A DNA stretch of 64,000 bases from Protoeuglena noctilucae (lineage: Eukaryota): contig OY253669.1 of NCBI GenBank assembly GCA_958009085.1, positions 868,001 to 932,000 on the forward strand. Reading direction: 5' to 3'. The translations under genes and the position numbers were made by a program. The notes beneath the pieces are model-generated. The model was not told the DNA's origin, searched no databases, and saw nothing but the letters and a program-made list of their open reading frames with translations. Position 1 is the stretch's first letter, and each line of letters starts with the position of its first letter. Shown here piece after piece: positions 1 to 11,106 of the stretch.

Positions 1-492
1 CTACTTCAGTGCCTTCGCCCTGTTGATCTCCTCCCTCGGACTGTGGTACCAATCGGAATTGTCGTCGTCGCTGTCCTTCCTGCGACGCCACCCCACGGCT
101 GCCGTGGCCATGGCGGGCTTCTCGTTGGTCTCTGCCGTCCAACAGCAGTTCGTCATGCTCACCGTCAAGCACTACGGGCCAGGTGCCGATGCTGGGCCGC
201 AGCCGTTCTTTAGCAAGCCATTGCCGTGTGCCGATGCTGTTGGCCGGCAGCTCACGCGGGTGTGACTCACTCCCGTTCCGTCCCTGCAGTGGTCTTCTCC
301 ATCGCCATGACCACGCGACAGATGCTGTCGATTATTCTCTCCTCCATCGTCTACAAGCACTACCTCACCACGCACCAGCGGCTGGCAGCGGCGGCGGTGT
401 TTGCGGCCCTGTACTCGGAAGCATGGGGCAAGGCTGCCAAGGGAGGATCGAAGAAGAAGGATGGAGCTGCTGTTGACAAGAAGGATGCGTGA
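1..492 (+). CDS. 3' part of a nucleotide-sugar/PAPS transporter (SLC35B/UAA family)
   Basis: Spliced across GT-AG intron 183-289: ...SAVQQQFVMLTVKHYGP-VVFSIAMTTRQMLSIILSSIVYKHYLT. This is the typical SLC35B C-terminal TM region with a Lys-rich tail. Truncated by the window start. Confidence 0.8.
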
Positions 493-633
493 CATGAGGT
501 GTGATTGTGTCCTAGATACTGCTCTTACTAGCTGACTTAGAGATGAGCTGCATAGGAAGACTAGCGACAGGGAGGGCACGGTGGGCTCAGCAGACCCCTG
601 CTAGGGCATAAAGTACAGTTCAATCGCAGGGGC

Positions 634-1551
634 TCACGATTGCCAGTAAGCTTCCTCAGCCTCCCAGCAGCACTTGCAGGGGCACAGACACTTCAGGATT
701 GCGGTGGCACGGCGGACACGGTCAGCTTTGCGGCGTTCGGGATCATCGACAAAAGGGTTGTTGGAACCAAACGCAGGCTGCCAAACCATCTTCTCCCTTC
801 GTGGAGCTGGAGCAGCAGCTTTGGCAGGCCCGGCGGACGTCGGAGGCGCTGGCTTGGATGACGTCGGCACTGGCTTGGCCGAGGTCGACGGCGTCGGCGC
901 TGGCCCGGTGGAGGGCAGCGCATATCTGGCCAAGGGCGGCGCAGAAGGCTGCGGTGGCTTGGGAGACGGCCTGGCAGGGGTTGGCGGCGCGACAGACTTG
1001 GCTGGGGTTGGGGATGGCGCCGGTTTGACAGGGGTCGGGGTTGCCACAGACTTGACTGGGGTTGGCGATTGGCCTGGCCTGGCAGGGGATGGGGATGGGC
1101 CTGGTCTCGCAGAGGGTGGTGGCGCCACTGGCTTGGCTGGGGATGGGTTTGGCCTGGCAGGGGCTGGGGATGGGCCTGGCCTGGCAGGGGGTGGCGATGG
1201 GCCTGGTCTGGCAGGGGATGGTGAGCCCACTGGCTTGGATGAGATCCCTGGTCCTAAAGACGGCCTCTTCTTCCTCTTCTTCCTGGCCGAGGTTGACCGC
1301 GCCTGAGGGAGTGGCCAGCTCTCAGAATCGTCACAAGCCCACCCACACAGTCGGACTGCGCGACCCCCCCCCCGCGCCCATCGGCGTGTCACCTTGTCCC
1401 TGCCCGTCTGAGGCGCCTTGTCGACCTTCTGCGGCGGCGGCGACGGCCTGCGCTCGTTGGGTGGCTCGTACACCACGATCGCGAGCCGATTGTCGTCCTC
1501 GACGGGCACAAACCGGTTCTCGTCCCAAGCCGCTCTCCAGTCATCCCCCAT
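634..1551 (-). CDS. Proline-rich repeat protein with Cys-rich C-terminus, function unknown
   Basis: 305-aa ORF with a probable in-frame intron at 1303-1392. Contains tandem ARPGPSPxP repeats, a basic RKKRKKR patch, and ends ILKCLCPCKCCWEAEEAYWQS. Confidence 0.6.
   Translation of the reverse strand: MGDDWRAAWDENRFVPVEDDNRLAIVVYEPPNERRPSPPPQKVDKAPQTGRDKVTRRWARGGGRAVRLCGWACDDSESWPLPQARSTSARKKRKKRPSLGPGISSKPVGSPSPARPGPSPPPARPGPSPAPARPNPSPAKPVAPPPSARPGPSPSPARPGQSPTPVKSVATPTPVKPAPSPTPAKSVAPPTPARPSPKPPQPSAPPLARYALPSTGPAPTPSTSAKPVPTSSKPAPPTSAGPAKAAAPAPRREKMVWQPAFGSNNPFVDDPERRKADRVRRATAILKCLCPCKCCWEAEEAYWQS
955..1235. repeat. Degenerate ~27-bp coding minisatellite
   Basis: Repeated gcctggcaggggatggggatgg-like units encode the Pro/Ser repeats on the minus strand. 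Confidence 0.7.
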
Positions 1552-2068
1552 CGTTGGACGATGGGCGGCGCTCCGAATGCCCTGTTATGAGAAACGCTTG
1601 GACGACGGCTGGCGGGCGCGCCGGTGGTGTTTCCGCTCTGCAGCCCCTCGCCATGGGGCAGAGAGCACGATGCGCTCGGGAGGCAGGAGGAGCGCTGCGG
1701 AGGGGTGCGCGGGGACGATGGTGCGTGGCAGATGCTAAAAGATCACGCAGGTGTTGAAAATTAAGATGAACTGGCTCAAGCTGGCTCACCGTACTCTAAA
1801 ACACTACGCTATGTCGCTGCGAGACTTGATGATCAGGTGCGCCCCTGAGACGCCTCCGCAGTCGTCACCAGGGCTGCTCCGTTATATGCAGCCGGGTTGC
1901 ACAGGCGGGGGTTCCGTCGCGGAGCTCTACAGACTGGCACTCAGTGACGCCGCAGGTCTCCCTTGTCATCGTCCCCCCCCCTCTGTGCAATTGGGCTAAC
2001 CAGTGGCGAGCCAATAGGCTGAGGTGCGAGTTATGGTTGTCAGCGCGTGTGAAACTGGAGCGGGACAC

Positions 2069-3284
2069 ATGCAGCGGGCTCTCTGTGGCACGCTGCGCTT
2101 TGCCGTCGCCATTTTCCAGCCTCTCGCGCCTCCCTTACGCGCCAAGGTAGTAAACAGAGACCGCTCTGCTTGGTCACGCGGTTCCTTTGCTACTGGGAGG
2201 CACGTGGCATCCGCCTCGGCCACGTTTCACAGCTTTCTGCGCGAGGCTGACGTCGAGGCCGTCGTTCTTGTCGCAAGCAGCAACCCAGCAAAAGTAGAGG
2301 CAGTCAAAGCTGCCATCGCGACCCTCAGCGGGCGCGAATTGCACGTACGCGTCGCGGCAATCGCAGTCGACTCGAACGTCCCGCCGCAGCCCTTCGGCGA
2401 CGCTGAGGTGCGGGACATAAGGGCATGATAGCATTGCGATAAAGGTGTCGATGGCGTCCTGCAATCTGCGACCCTCCCGCGCCGCAGACGTTGAGGGGAG
2501 CGCTGAGCCGGTGCAGGAACGTGGCACAGGACATCGCAGCAGCGAGGGCCTTCCCCGTCGGCACCCCCCCGGCACTTCCCAACGCCATCGTAGCCATCGA
2601 GGGTGGAGTAGGCTGGGTGCCGCGCCTGGGGAGCGACGGCCAAGTCCTGCCTACGCCACCGGTGGGTTGGTCCTTTGTGCTACGCAGCTATTGTCTGCGT
2701 AGCTGGTCCCGTCCACACTGCCGCATGTCCATCCCTGTCGCCGCTGTTGCAGAAGTCCGCGGACGCCCTGTCGGACGGCTGGCAGCTCGAATGCTTCGCT
2801 TGGGTGGCCGCTCGTGACGGCACGTCGGGGGCCGAGAGCACGGCACGTTCGGCGTCCTTCCCTCTGCCAGGCGAGGGCGCGTCTGCGCCGAGTCGCCCTT
2901 TCTGTCATGCAGCTCGGCGGCCCCAAATTCATCGCTACGGATGCGGAGTGAGAGTTGGCAACTCCCGCCTGCTCGCCTCTAGTGCAGGGGAGCTGGCGCG
3001 CCTGGTGCTGAGCGGCATGGAGCTGGGGGACGCCGACGACCAATTCTTCAAGCGACAGCAGTCCGGTCGAGGTATAGGGACGATTGGCAGGCTGAGTGAT
3101 GGGTGAGTTCTACGCGCGTGCATGGCCGGACCACAGCATCCCCTTATGTGGCTTGTGGTCTGCCTGATGCATCTGCCACCCTCGCACGGACCGCAGGAGA
3201 ATCCCAAGGTCCGACTACTACGCCCATGCATGCTCCATGGCCCTCCTTCCTTTCCTCCACCCGGAACTCTATGCATCCAATTAA
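2069..3284 (+). CDS. Inosine/xanthosine triphosphatase (YjjX / NTPase_I-T family) with N-terminal presequence
   Basis: Exons encode VASSNPAKVEAV, SNVPPQPFGDAE, GALSR, VAIEGG, ARSASFPLP, GMELGDADD and GIGTIGRLSDG. The last exon RSDYYAHACSMALLPFLHPELY (stop 3282-3284) is absent from the ORF track. Confidence 0.85.
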
Positions 3285-3312
3285 AGCTTCAAGCTTCAAT
3301 GCTTTCGCTGAG

Positions 3313-5625
3313 TCAACCCCCCGCACCACCCCCCTGTCCCCGGACGTCTCTCGCCAGCTGCTGTTCATCGCCCGCTCCCTGCCTGCCCTCAGCACCCTTT
3401 GCACCCGCCACCGGCACCGGGGCTCCCTTTTCCCTGGCCGCCCGCTCTGCGCTCGCCCGTGCCCGCACATCGCGCAGGCGATCCTCCAGCGCAGACCGCT
3501 CGGGTCCTGACCTCGCGCACGCCTCCCCGACCCCCAGCTGAGACTGCAGGCACCGCTCGTGAGCGGCGAGGAGGCGCGCCCGCATCGCCACGGCCGACCC
3601 GACCGTCTCCCCTGCGGCAGCACGAGCGTAACAAGAGTTGATCACATCACGACAAATCCAAACCACGTCGGTGCCGACACTTCGACGTGTCCCAGCCACG
3701 CCGCACGCACCGGACCATGCGATCATCTGGACGGCAACCCTGGCCTGTGTCTCGCGCTCCTCGCTCCCCGCGGGCGCCCTCACGGACTCGGCCGGCTTGC
3801 CCACCGCCTCCCGCACCGCTGCGTCGATGCTCGCCCAGGCCAGGCCCCTCGACAGCGCCGCCTCCGCCTCCGCCGCCCCGCGCCAGAAACGCGGGCAGTC
3901 CCCGCACGCCGCCGCCGCCTGCGCCAGGGTCATGTGCCCCGCGGCCGCCGCCAGGCACGCCCGGGACGCCGCCAGGGCCAACGTGAAGCGCCGGAGGTTC
4001 CCCGTCGCTTGCCACTTGTCCGCCTCTGCCTCCGCCCGGCGGCAGTCCCTCTCCAGCGGCTGCGAGTGCGACGACGGGCCCTGGGTTACCCACCGCCCCT
4101 TCATCGCCACCGGCAACCAGCTGCGCGGCATGCAGGTCAGCAGAACGTGGTATGACCATGACGGTGCGCTCTCACCTGGAGGAGCGCCTCAGCCACGCCC
4201 ACTCCCTTGGCACGTGCCTCCGGGTCGGGGTGCCGGATGTAGGCCTGTACCGACGCGGCGGCCAGCTGGCGGCACGCGGGGTCCGAGGGCCCCAGGTGCG
4301 CCTGGGTGGCGCGCAGCGCATCCTCCAGGATGGCCGCTGCGGCAGCCGGATGCCCCTTGGTGGCCAGGGCCCGGGCGAGCGCCGAGAGCGACGAGCAGGC
4401 GACGGCGTGGACGTGCAGCTCGTACTTGCCCTGGGCGGTGGCCAGGATGCGCCGGGCCAGGCCCTCCGCGGCATCCACGTCGCCCATGGCCAGGTACATC
4501 ATGCCCATGAGCTCCATCGCCCGCAGCCCGATGGGCCACACCGCCATGCCCTGGTCGTCGATGATCTCCAGCGATCGCGCGAAGTCGCGGCGGGCCTCCT
4601 CGTGCTGCCCGGCGGAGAAGCGCGCCGACGCCAGCGCAAAGAGCGTCTGGGCCGCCTCCGGGTGCGTCGCGCCCAGGGCCTTGGACTGACGGGCGAGGGC
4701 GTCCTCGTACAGCGCAATCGCATCCTGCTCAGCGCAAGACGTTTCCTAACTGGGCGACAGGTGGGGGCCCGTCTGCGCGACGTTGGGCGGGGTGTAGCGT
4801 GCTGTGACCCACCTGGTACTTGCCCTCGCGGACGGCCACCGTGGCGAGCGAGTGTCGCACCCAAGCAACGAAGGGATGGTCGTCCCCGTAAATGTCCCGC
4901 AGCAGCCCCTCCGCCCCGCTCAGCAGCGTACGTGCCTCCGCAAACCGCCCCATCAACTTGCACAGGTCGGCCAGGTTGGCCATGGCCGCCGCGGTGTGCG
5001 GGTCCTCGGGACCGTAGCCCTCCCGCGCCGTCTCGAGGGCCGCCCGCAGCGCCCGCTCCGCGTCCCCGTACTGCTTCTGCGCGGCCGACGCCGCTGCCTG
5101 GTCCGTCAACAGGCGGAAGCGCACCGAGTGGGCGCTCACGGGGTCAGGCGTCTCGCTCATCTGGACACACGGAAGGGATGTCGATCGCGATGGGACTGCG
5201 CGCGCGTCCACATTTCAGATCTCGAGGCCGCGCCTCTGGAAAGGCAGCCCGCGCACCTTGGTTGGCTCCCGCCAGACCTTGCCGTAGTACTTCACGGGCG
5301 ATGAGCCCCTGCCCGTCTGCGCATGACCTGACTCTTGGCCCCAGTAGCCCGGAGGCGCGCTGGATGCGGGCGCAGGCGAGTCGCCGGCCTCCCGGGGCCC
5401 CTCTGATGCACACGTTGCAAAGCCACCGATGCCCACGGCGCCGAGGGATCCCAGCGCGATCCCAAACGCTCTCCACGTAGACACCGTCTCGTTGTTCCCA
5501 TCGCGATAGCTGTGCGCGCAATAACCCGCGGAAGCGGCACACACGGGCCCCACCCAAACTCCGGGCCCTGCCAGGGCCAGCCGGGCACGGAGGGCCGCCC
5601 GGCAAAGCTCCCACACCCTTGACAT
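3313..5625 (-). CDS. TPR-repeat protein (kinesin-light-chain-like TPRs), probably organelle-targeted
   Basis: YGPEDPHTAAAMANLADL, YGDDHPFVAWVRHSLA and LGPSDPACRQLA are KLC-type TPR motifs. The N-terminus is Arg-rich with a hydrophobic segment. Several GT-AG introns. Confidence 0.7.
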
Positions 5626-5934
5626 CGAGGCACGGTGAGTGGGACTGCCGTTCCCGCCGAGAGAAGCAAATGTAGGCAGCGCTGACCATGTTTGCCAGTC
5701 TCACTTGCAAGTTTTCCAGCGGATGACGGCGCTGAGCGGAAATGCATTACTTCTGCGGCATTGCGTGTTGTGCTGCTGACAGGCTGAGCATCAATTATCA
5801 ACATCGGACCCTGCAGTCGGCAGCTAGCTCGTGCCATCTCTGTGAAACAGCGTTTTCCAGCCGCTCAGGGCATTGCTCTCGCTTTTGCAAGGACCTCGCA
5901 CTTGTCAGTGCCTGTGAGATACTGCGTTGGCGAC

Positions 5935-6804
5935 ATGACGCCGTTTGAGGTAAGAACGGCCCGGGAAATTCGAATGTAATGCCTGCGACAGCTGCGCCCC
6001 GCTCCTCGTGCCCGGGGCGATTTGGGCCAGAGGAAGCGCTGTGCATTTGCAACTTGTCAACGAGCGAAGCAGCTCTCCTCGCAGTCGCAGCCGCTGAGCG
6101 TGTACTGCTCCCCGACCCCCTGCGATGAGCCCCGTTACCGCTCTATCGTCCGCGCGTTGCACGACGAGAAGGAGAACATCAATCCAGGTGAGCCACGCGT
6201 GCTTGCGTGAGGACTGGACGCGAAGCTGCCCCTGCAGCCTGTCGAAGCAGTGCCTGGCCCCACTCACGCAGGCTCAGGCCTCCACGCTGAGAGGGCATGG
6301 GACCAGCGACTGCAAGAGAAGGCCGCCCTGTCTCCGCCGGGGTGCTCCTTCGGTCCGATCTCCACCCCGCCACCAAGCGCTCCTGGGAGGCCGCCACTCA
6401 CGGACGTCACGTGCACCGTGCCGGGAACCAGCAAGGCTTCGCATTCCGAGACCGTGCGGCAGCCATTGAGGACGCTCGTTTCCGGAAGCACCACGTGCTG
6501 CGGCGCCGGGGGGTGCGATGCTGCACCCGCACCCGTGCACAGCGCCGTGCACGCGACCTCAGCCGCTGCGGCTGTGCCCACTGCGCTGGGCCGCCCCCGC
6601 CAACAGCACGGGGAGGTCGGGACGCGGGCGGCACCGAGCAAGCGGGGCGCGAGCGGGGGGGTGCAAACGGGGTGAGCATCGCATCACATCGCATTCCGCA
6701 GGGGTTGTGCCGATGGGGCACAACGTAACCCACCCAGACTGCACCCCCGTGCTCCTGCCCGCAGCCTGACTGGCTCGAGCTCCATACTACGGAGCATCCG
6801 CTGA
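5935..6804 (+). CDS. Small disordered protein with KEN box, D-boxes and IR tail (candidate UVI4/OSD1-like APC/C inhibitor)
   Basis: Exons 5935-5949, 6085-6187, 6272-6671 and 6765-6804 are joined by phase-compatible GT-AG introns. Motifs: DEKENINP, GRPPLTDVT, RQPLRTL, C-terminus ILRSIR*. Confidence 0.65.
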
Positions 6805-6995
6805 GATACCATCCTCGACGCTGCGTCACTGAGCTTGCCAGCCGTGCAAGCGCCATTGAAACCGACTCGACGCCGCTGCCAAACTCCGGGACATGGCATG
6901 ACCGGACAATCAGGGCAGCTTCGCACGCGCGCAAGCCGATTGTCACAGGCGGCTACTGCCACGCGCTCTGTGGGCCTGCCTGCGTAGGCGACACC

Positions 6996-9172
6996 TCACC
7001 CCTCGGGCCGGAACAACCCGGCCGCAGGCCCTAAGCCCCCAGTGGGCTGCCCCCCTCCCTCCGCGGCCTTCGCGGCGTCCGACGCTCTTCGCAGTATGTC
7101 CCGCAGGGCGCCCAGCAGCGCGCCCTCCGCCCGCTCTGCTCGAGGATCCAAGGCATCCGCGCCCTCGCCCCTCCGCGCCCACCGGGGCCCCGGCAGGTCC
7201 GGGAGCTCGTCATCATCCTCGTCGCACCGCAGCAGCGCGTCCCCGTCGTCGGCCGCGAGCCCGGCCTCCCCGCCGCCCTCGCCCGCCTCCCCGTCAACAC
7301 CCTCGTTCCCCAGCCCTGCTGAGCTCCTGGCCTGTTCCCTCGCCATGACGTCCCGCGCGGAGGCAACCAGAGAATCGCAGACGTCCTGCAGGGTGCCCAA
7401 GGCTTTGAGCACCGCGGCCCGCACATGCAGGGCGGCTCTGAGGGCGCGGGACGAAGCGAGGCGTTACGGTGGGAGAAAAGAAGAAGAAGAAGAAGATGGG
7501 AGCAATCACAGCCGACAAGACACCCTCGCCACGCACCCGACGCCGCGGCTGGCCCCCTCCCGCCCCCGCGCAGTGCTCCCGTGGCCTGCGGGCTGCGACG
7601 CCGCGGGCGTGCTGGCCATGGGCGATTGTTGGCCGCTGTCACCCGGGGACGCAGCCGTCCGCGAGCGCTTCAGCGGCGGCGGCGTGGCCCCTCCGGGCCC
7701 GGGCAGGTCCTGCGACCAGGGCGGACGCAGAGGGCTTGGCACTCTCTCATCTTGCCAACACAGAAGTGGTGGCGAAGCACTCGACCCGCCGCCCCTCGCC
7801 TGTGCCCGCACGGCCGCCAGCGCCCCCGATCCCTCGAAGTTCTTGCAATCATTGCACTTGCAGTTCTCCGAGCAGAAGATGCCCGCCTGGAAGCACTCGC
7901 AGTACTTCTTGAGGCATCCCGACTTGCGACAGTTGCAGCCCTTGTTGTGCTTGGCGCCCTCGCCCCCCTCGGGCGTCCCCGCGATCTTGGGCCGGAACGC
8001 ATGAGGATTGCGCTCGAGGATGCCTTCCACCGCCTGTGGTGCACCGCAGAGGTGGCCAGCACGTCCTGCCACGCGCAGCGGGTGGGCCAGGCACCGCCAC
8101 AGACGCCACCGCGGCGTCTGAGAGAAGGCATCAACCCACGACTTGACAGGATGGCGCACCTGATGTCGCTTGGACTCGTTCTCCCGGTTATTCAAACAGT
8201 TGACGCAGTTGCACCACTCCGTGCAGTACCTGCCGCTCGAGAAGCACTCGCAGTAGAGTTTGAGACACTTGGAGTTCTGCGAGGACGCGGGGAGAGCACC
8301 AGACTCGGTCGCCACTCGGCCCGGCAGGGTCACATCAGCCTCACTGCGTGACGGGAGCTGCGGCCAGGGGCGGCGTATGCACAGACCTTGCAGTTGCAGC
8401 CTTTCCGGGAGGGCGGGTTCTGCCCCCCCGCGGGACTCGTGCTCGCGCGCGTGGCGCGTCGGAGGGGCGAGGCGGGCGAGGGAGGCACGATGGCCGGCCC
8501 CTGTCCTCGGCTGGTGGACGCCTCAGCCCCTCCCCCCCGCGGCACGAGGTACTGCAGTTGACGCACAGTCGATCGGCGAGGCGTCGCGAGCGCCGTGGGC
8601 GGTGCGGGGGACGGGGGCGGGCGTCCTGTCGCAGTCTGCGGGCAAGGAAGGACTTTCCATGGACCGCTCCGCGCAACGCGAGACGCTCGCGTGCGCACCG
8701 CTCCGGCAAATGATGCGCAGGGTTCCTTCGCAGCTTCCGGCGGCAGAGGCGCCCGCGCAGACCCACCCGCGGGCTCCCTGGGACGCTGGCGTCAGGGCCA
8801 ACTTGGACGTGCAGCCGCGAGCGGCCGGGGGTCGTGGACCCTGGAGCGGCGGAAGGAGGTAGGGGCTCGGAAGATATCGCGACGGGGCGCAGGCTGGGGT
8901 GGCGGGGGCGGCGGGGAAGAGAGGGGCCGCACGACGAGCATCATGCGTTGTCGCGGCGCCTCCCCCGCTTCCGCGCCACGGCGCGTCGATATAGCAGGCG
9001 CACCGCATCCTCAGGTCGCTAAACATCCACATAATGCCCTTCTCGGTCGAAATGTCATTCCAAAATACGAAATCCGCGGTCCGCATCATCCCCCACACAA
9101 CGGGAGCTCTCCCGGCCCGCCGCGGGCTCCGCCGCCGGGGTCGCGCCGCGCCGTCTTGCCTGACTTGCTCAT
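6996..9172 (-). CDS. Tesmin/TSO1-like CXC (CRC) domain protein, LIN54 family (DREAM subunit)
   Basis: Two CXC domains (KGCNCK-NSKCLKLYCECF...; KHNKGCNCRKSGCLKKYCECFQAG) linked by the RNPHAFRPKI hinge. 5' end tentative. Confidence 0.9.
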
Positions 9173-9628
9173 CGCCACACCCCACCGGGTCCATCCCAGC
9201 CGGGCCGAGAGTTTTGAGGCCCAGTTGTGACCTTCTCCCGGTCCCTCAGGCTGAGCAGTCCCGAATGCGATGCAAATCACCACCCAAAAACCAAAGCGGC
9301 GATTCGTAGGGAACTACGAGCCCGAAATGCGAACTGGGGGCCAACCCCACCTGACACCGGTCGAGTGTGCGCGTTTCAGCGACCGAGGCCTGGTGTGAAT
9401 TTATAACGGTCGTCCTCTCAACTGCTTCGCCTCACCTGCGTCCCAAATAGTCGAACCTTGGTCTCCACTTTGGTTTCCTAACAGCACGCCGACCGTGGGG
9501 CCGCATCAGCTACGTCCTGCAGCCAATCCGATCAATTCCGAAAGGCAGGCGCAACGGTAGTCGCACCCGTGTCGTCGATCGACGCCCAGGCGCTGACTAG
9601 GCGCTCGCAGCGCCACACCAGCGGCGTC

Positions 9629-11042
9629 ATGCCCGCGCATTGCGCTTGCATGGCGTTCATTCGTGGACCCTCGAGATTGCCGGGACCGGGGGCGCTCACG
9701 CAGCGCACAGGGAGCAGGGCGAGGGTGCCCCGGCGTTGGGCAGCTCGGGAGACCCGCGCGTCGCGCTGCGGGGTCTTGTCGCGATCGCAGGGGAATCACG
9801 ACAACAATCATCTCTCCTCAGGTGCGGGGGGTGCATCCGAGCAGCGAGGAGCGCGACGCCGGGGCCTGTCCGCATCGCCCCGGCCTTGCCCCGGATTTGC
9901 TGGTCCCGCTGAGCCCCGTCGCGCCTGCGTTCGCGCTCGCAGAGCACGAGAACGTCCGTGGCGACAAGCAGTTGCAGGACGCCCTCGCGGACCTGCTGAG
10001 CACCGAGGTCTCGAAAGTTCGCGTGAACGACTTTGCCGAGGAGAAGGCCAAGGAGCTCAAGGACCTCGGGGACCTGGTGAGCTGCCGGCAGCTGTTGAGT
10101 ATTCATTCCACGCGAGCGTCCGGACTCAACCGAGGACCCGGGGGCCCTCGCAGGCGAAGTTGGAGATCGACATGGCGGGGCTGGAGATGAAGTATGCAGC
10201 GGAGCAGCGTTTCGAGCGGGCACAGGAGGAGCTGCAGACGATGTGGGACGAGGCGGAGGACGAGGTTTGGCTCGGGCCTGGGCGCACGCAGCGCGACGCC
10301 GGCGCTTGTGGCTGCCCACGCGTACCGTAGCTGCCCACGTCTGCCCCCCTCAGATCCGAAGGATACGGGAGATGAATGAGCGGAGATCCCAGGACTTGCA
10401 GCAGTGGGAGAAGGACGTGGCTGACCGGAGATCTGAGGGACATTTCTTCAAGAGCCTGTACCAGGTGACCGGCATTTGCTGGACAGGCCTGGGACTGGCC
10501 ATGCATGGCAGGCGGGGGCCAACGTGAAGACGCGCTGCGTTTCCCGCCCATCACAGGCGCCCAAGTCCAGTCGGTCGGGCAAGATACTGGCCGCGAGCGT
10601 GCGCGGCCCTAGGGGCAGCCAGCCAAGGGCGTCGGAGGAGCGGGACATGTACGGGCGGCCCAGGCGTGCTGCAGCACCTGCCAGGGACCTGGTCAGTTTC
10701 AACAGGGCCCCCTTCGTCCTCTGGGGCTCTGTTATTCTCTTTCTGCTGGCCTACGAGCTCGTCGCGGCCGAGCAGCCCAACGCCTACACGCTGGGCGCGT
10801 GCGTGTTTGCGGGGTGGTACACCGTCGCGCTCTATATCCGGGCCGAGAGCGTCGCGGCGGGGGGTAACAGGCCCCCGCCGTCGCATCACCTGTACCTGGT
10901 CACGGGCGCCCTCCTGGCGCTGTGCTTTGCGTACGAGCTGCTGGCGGACGGCCAGCCCAACGCGCTCTACCTGGGCGGGCTGGGCCTCTGGGGCTTGGGG
11001 CTCGGGGCGTCCTACTACCAGCAGAGCAGGCGGGGTGGGTGA
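9629..11042 (+). CDS. Conserved green-lineage plastid coiled-coil membrane protein of unknown function
   Basis: Transit-peptide-like N-terminus, acidic coiled coil ending DRRSEGHFFKSLY, and C-terminal TM helices. From memory it resembles Arabidopsis At3g09050; unverified. Confidence 0.65.
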
Positions 11043-11106
11043 CGCTCGTTCGCACGCCGGGGTTGAACGGACGCATAGGAAAAGCGCTTTGCGCGGCGCG
11101 GCCCCC

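Noticed and set aside
955..1235. Regular repeats as a possible CRISPR array
   Set aside because: No unique spacers, units are degenerate and coding, and the context is eukaryotic.
674..1306. Gly-rich 210-aa + strand ORF resembling collagen or ice-binding repeats
   Set aside because: Antisense shadow of the Pro-rich minus-strand gene.
4060..4175. Apparent phase conflict suggesting a frameshift or two genes in the TPR locus
   Set aside because: Resolved by a downstream acceptor (ctcgcag|CCGCTG) giving LLQ-PLERD in phase 0.
7477..7496. (GAA)n tract; also (GCCACC)n near 38130 and (GATGGC)n near 41077
   Set aside because: Short simple repeats, apparently intronic, with no sign of function.
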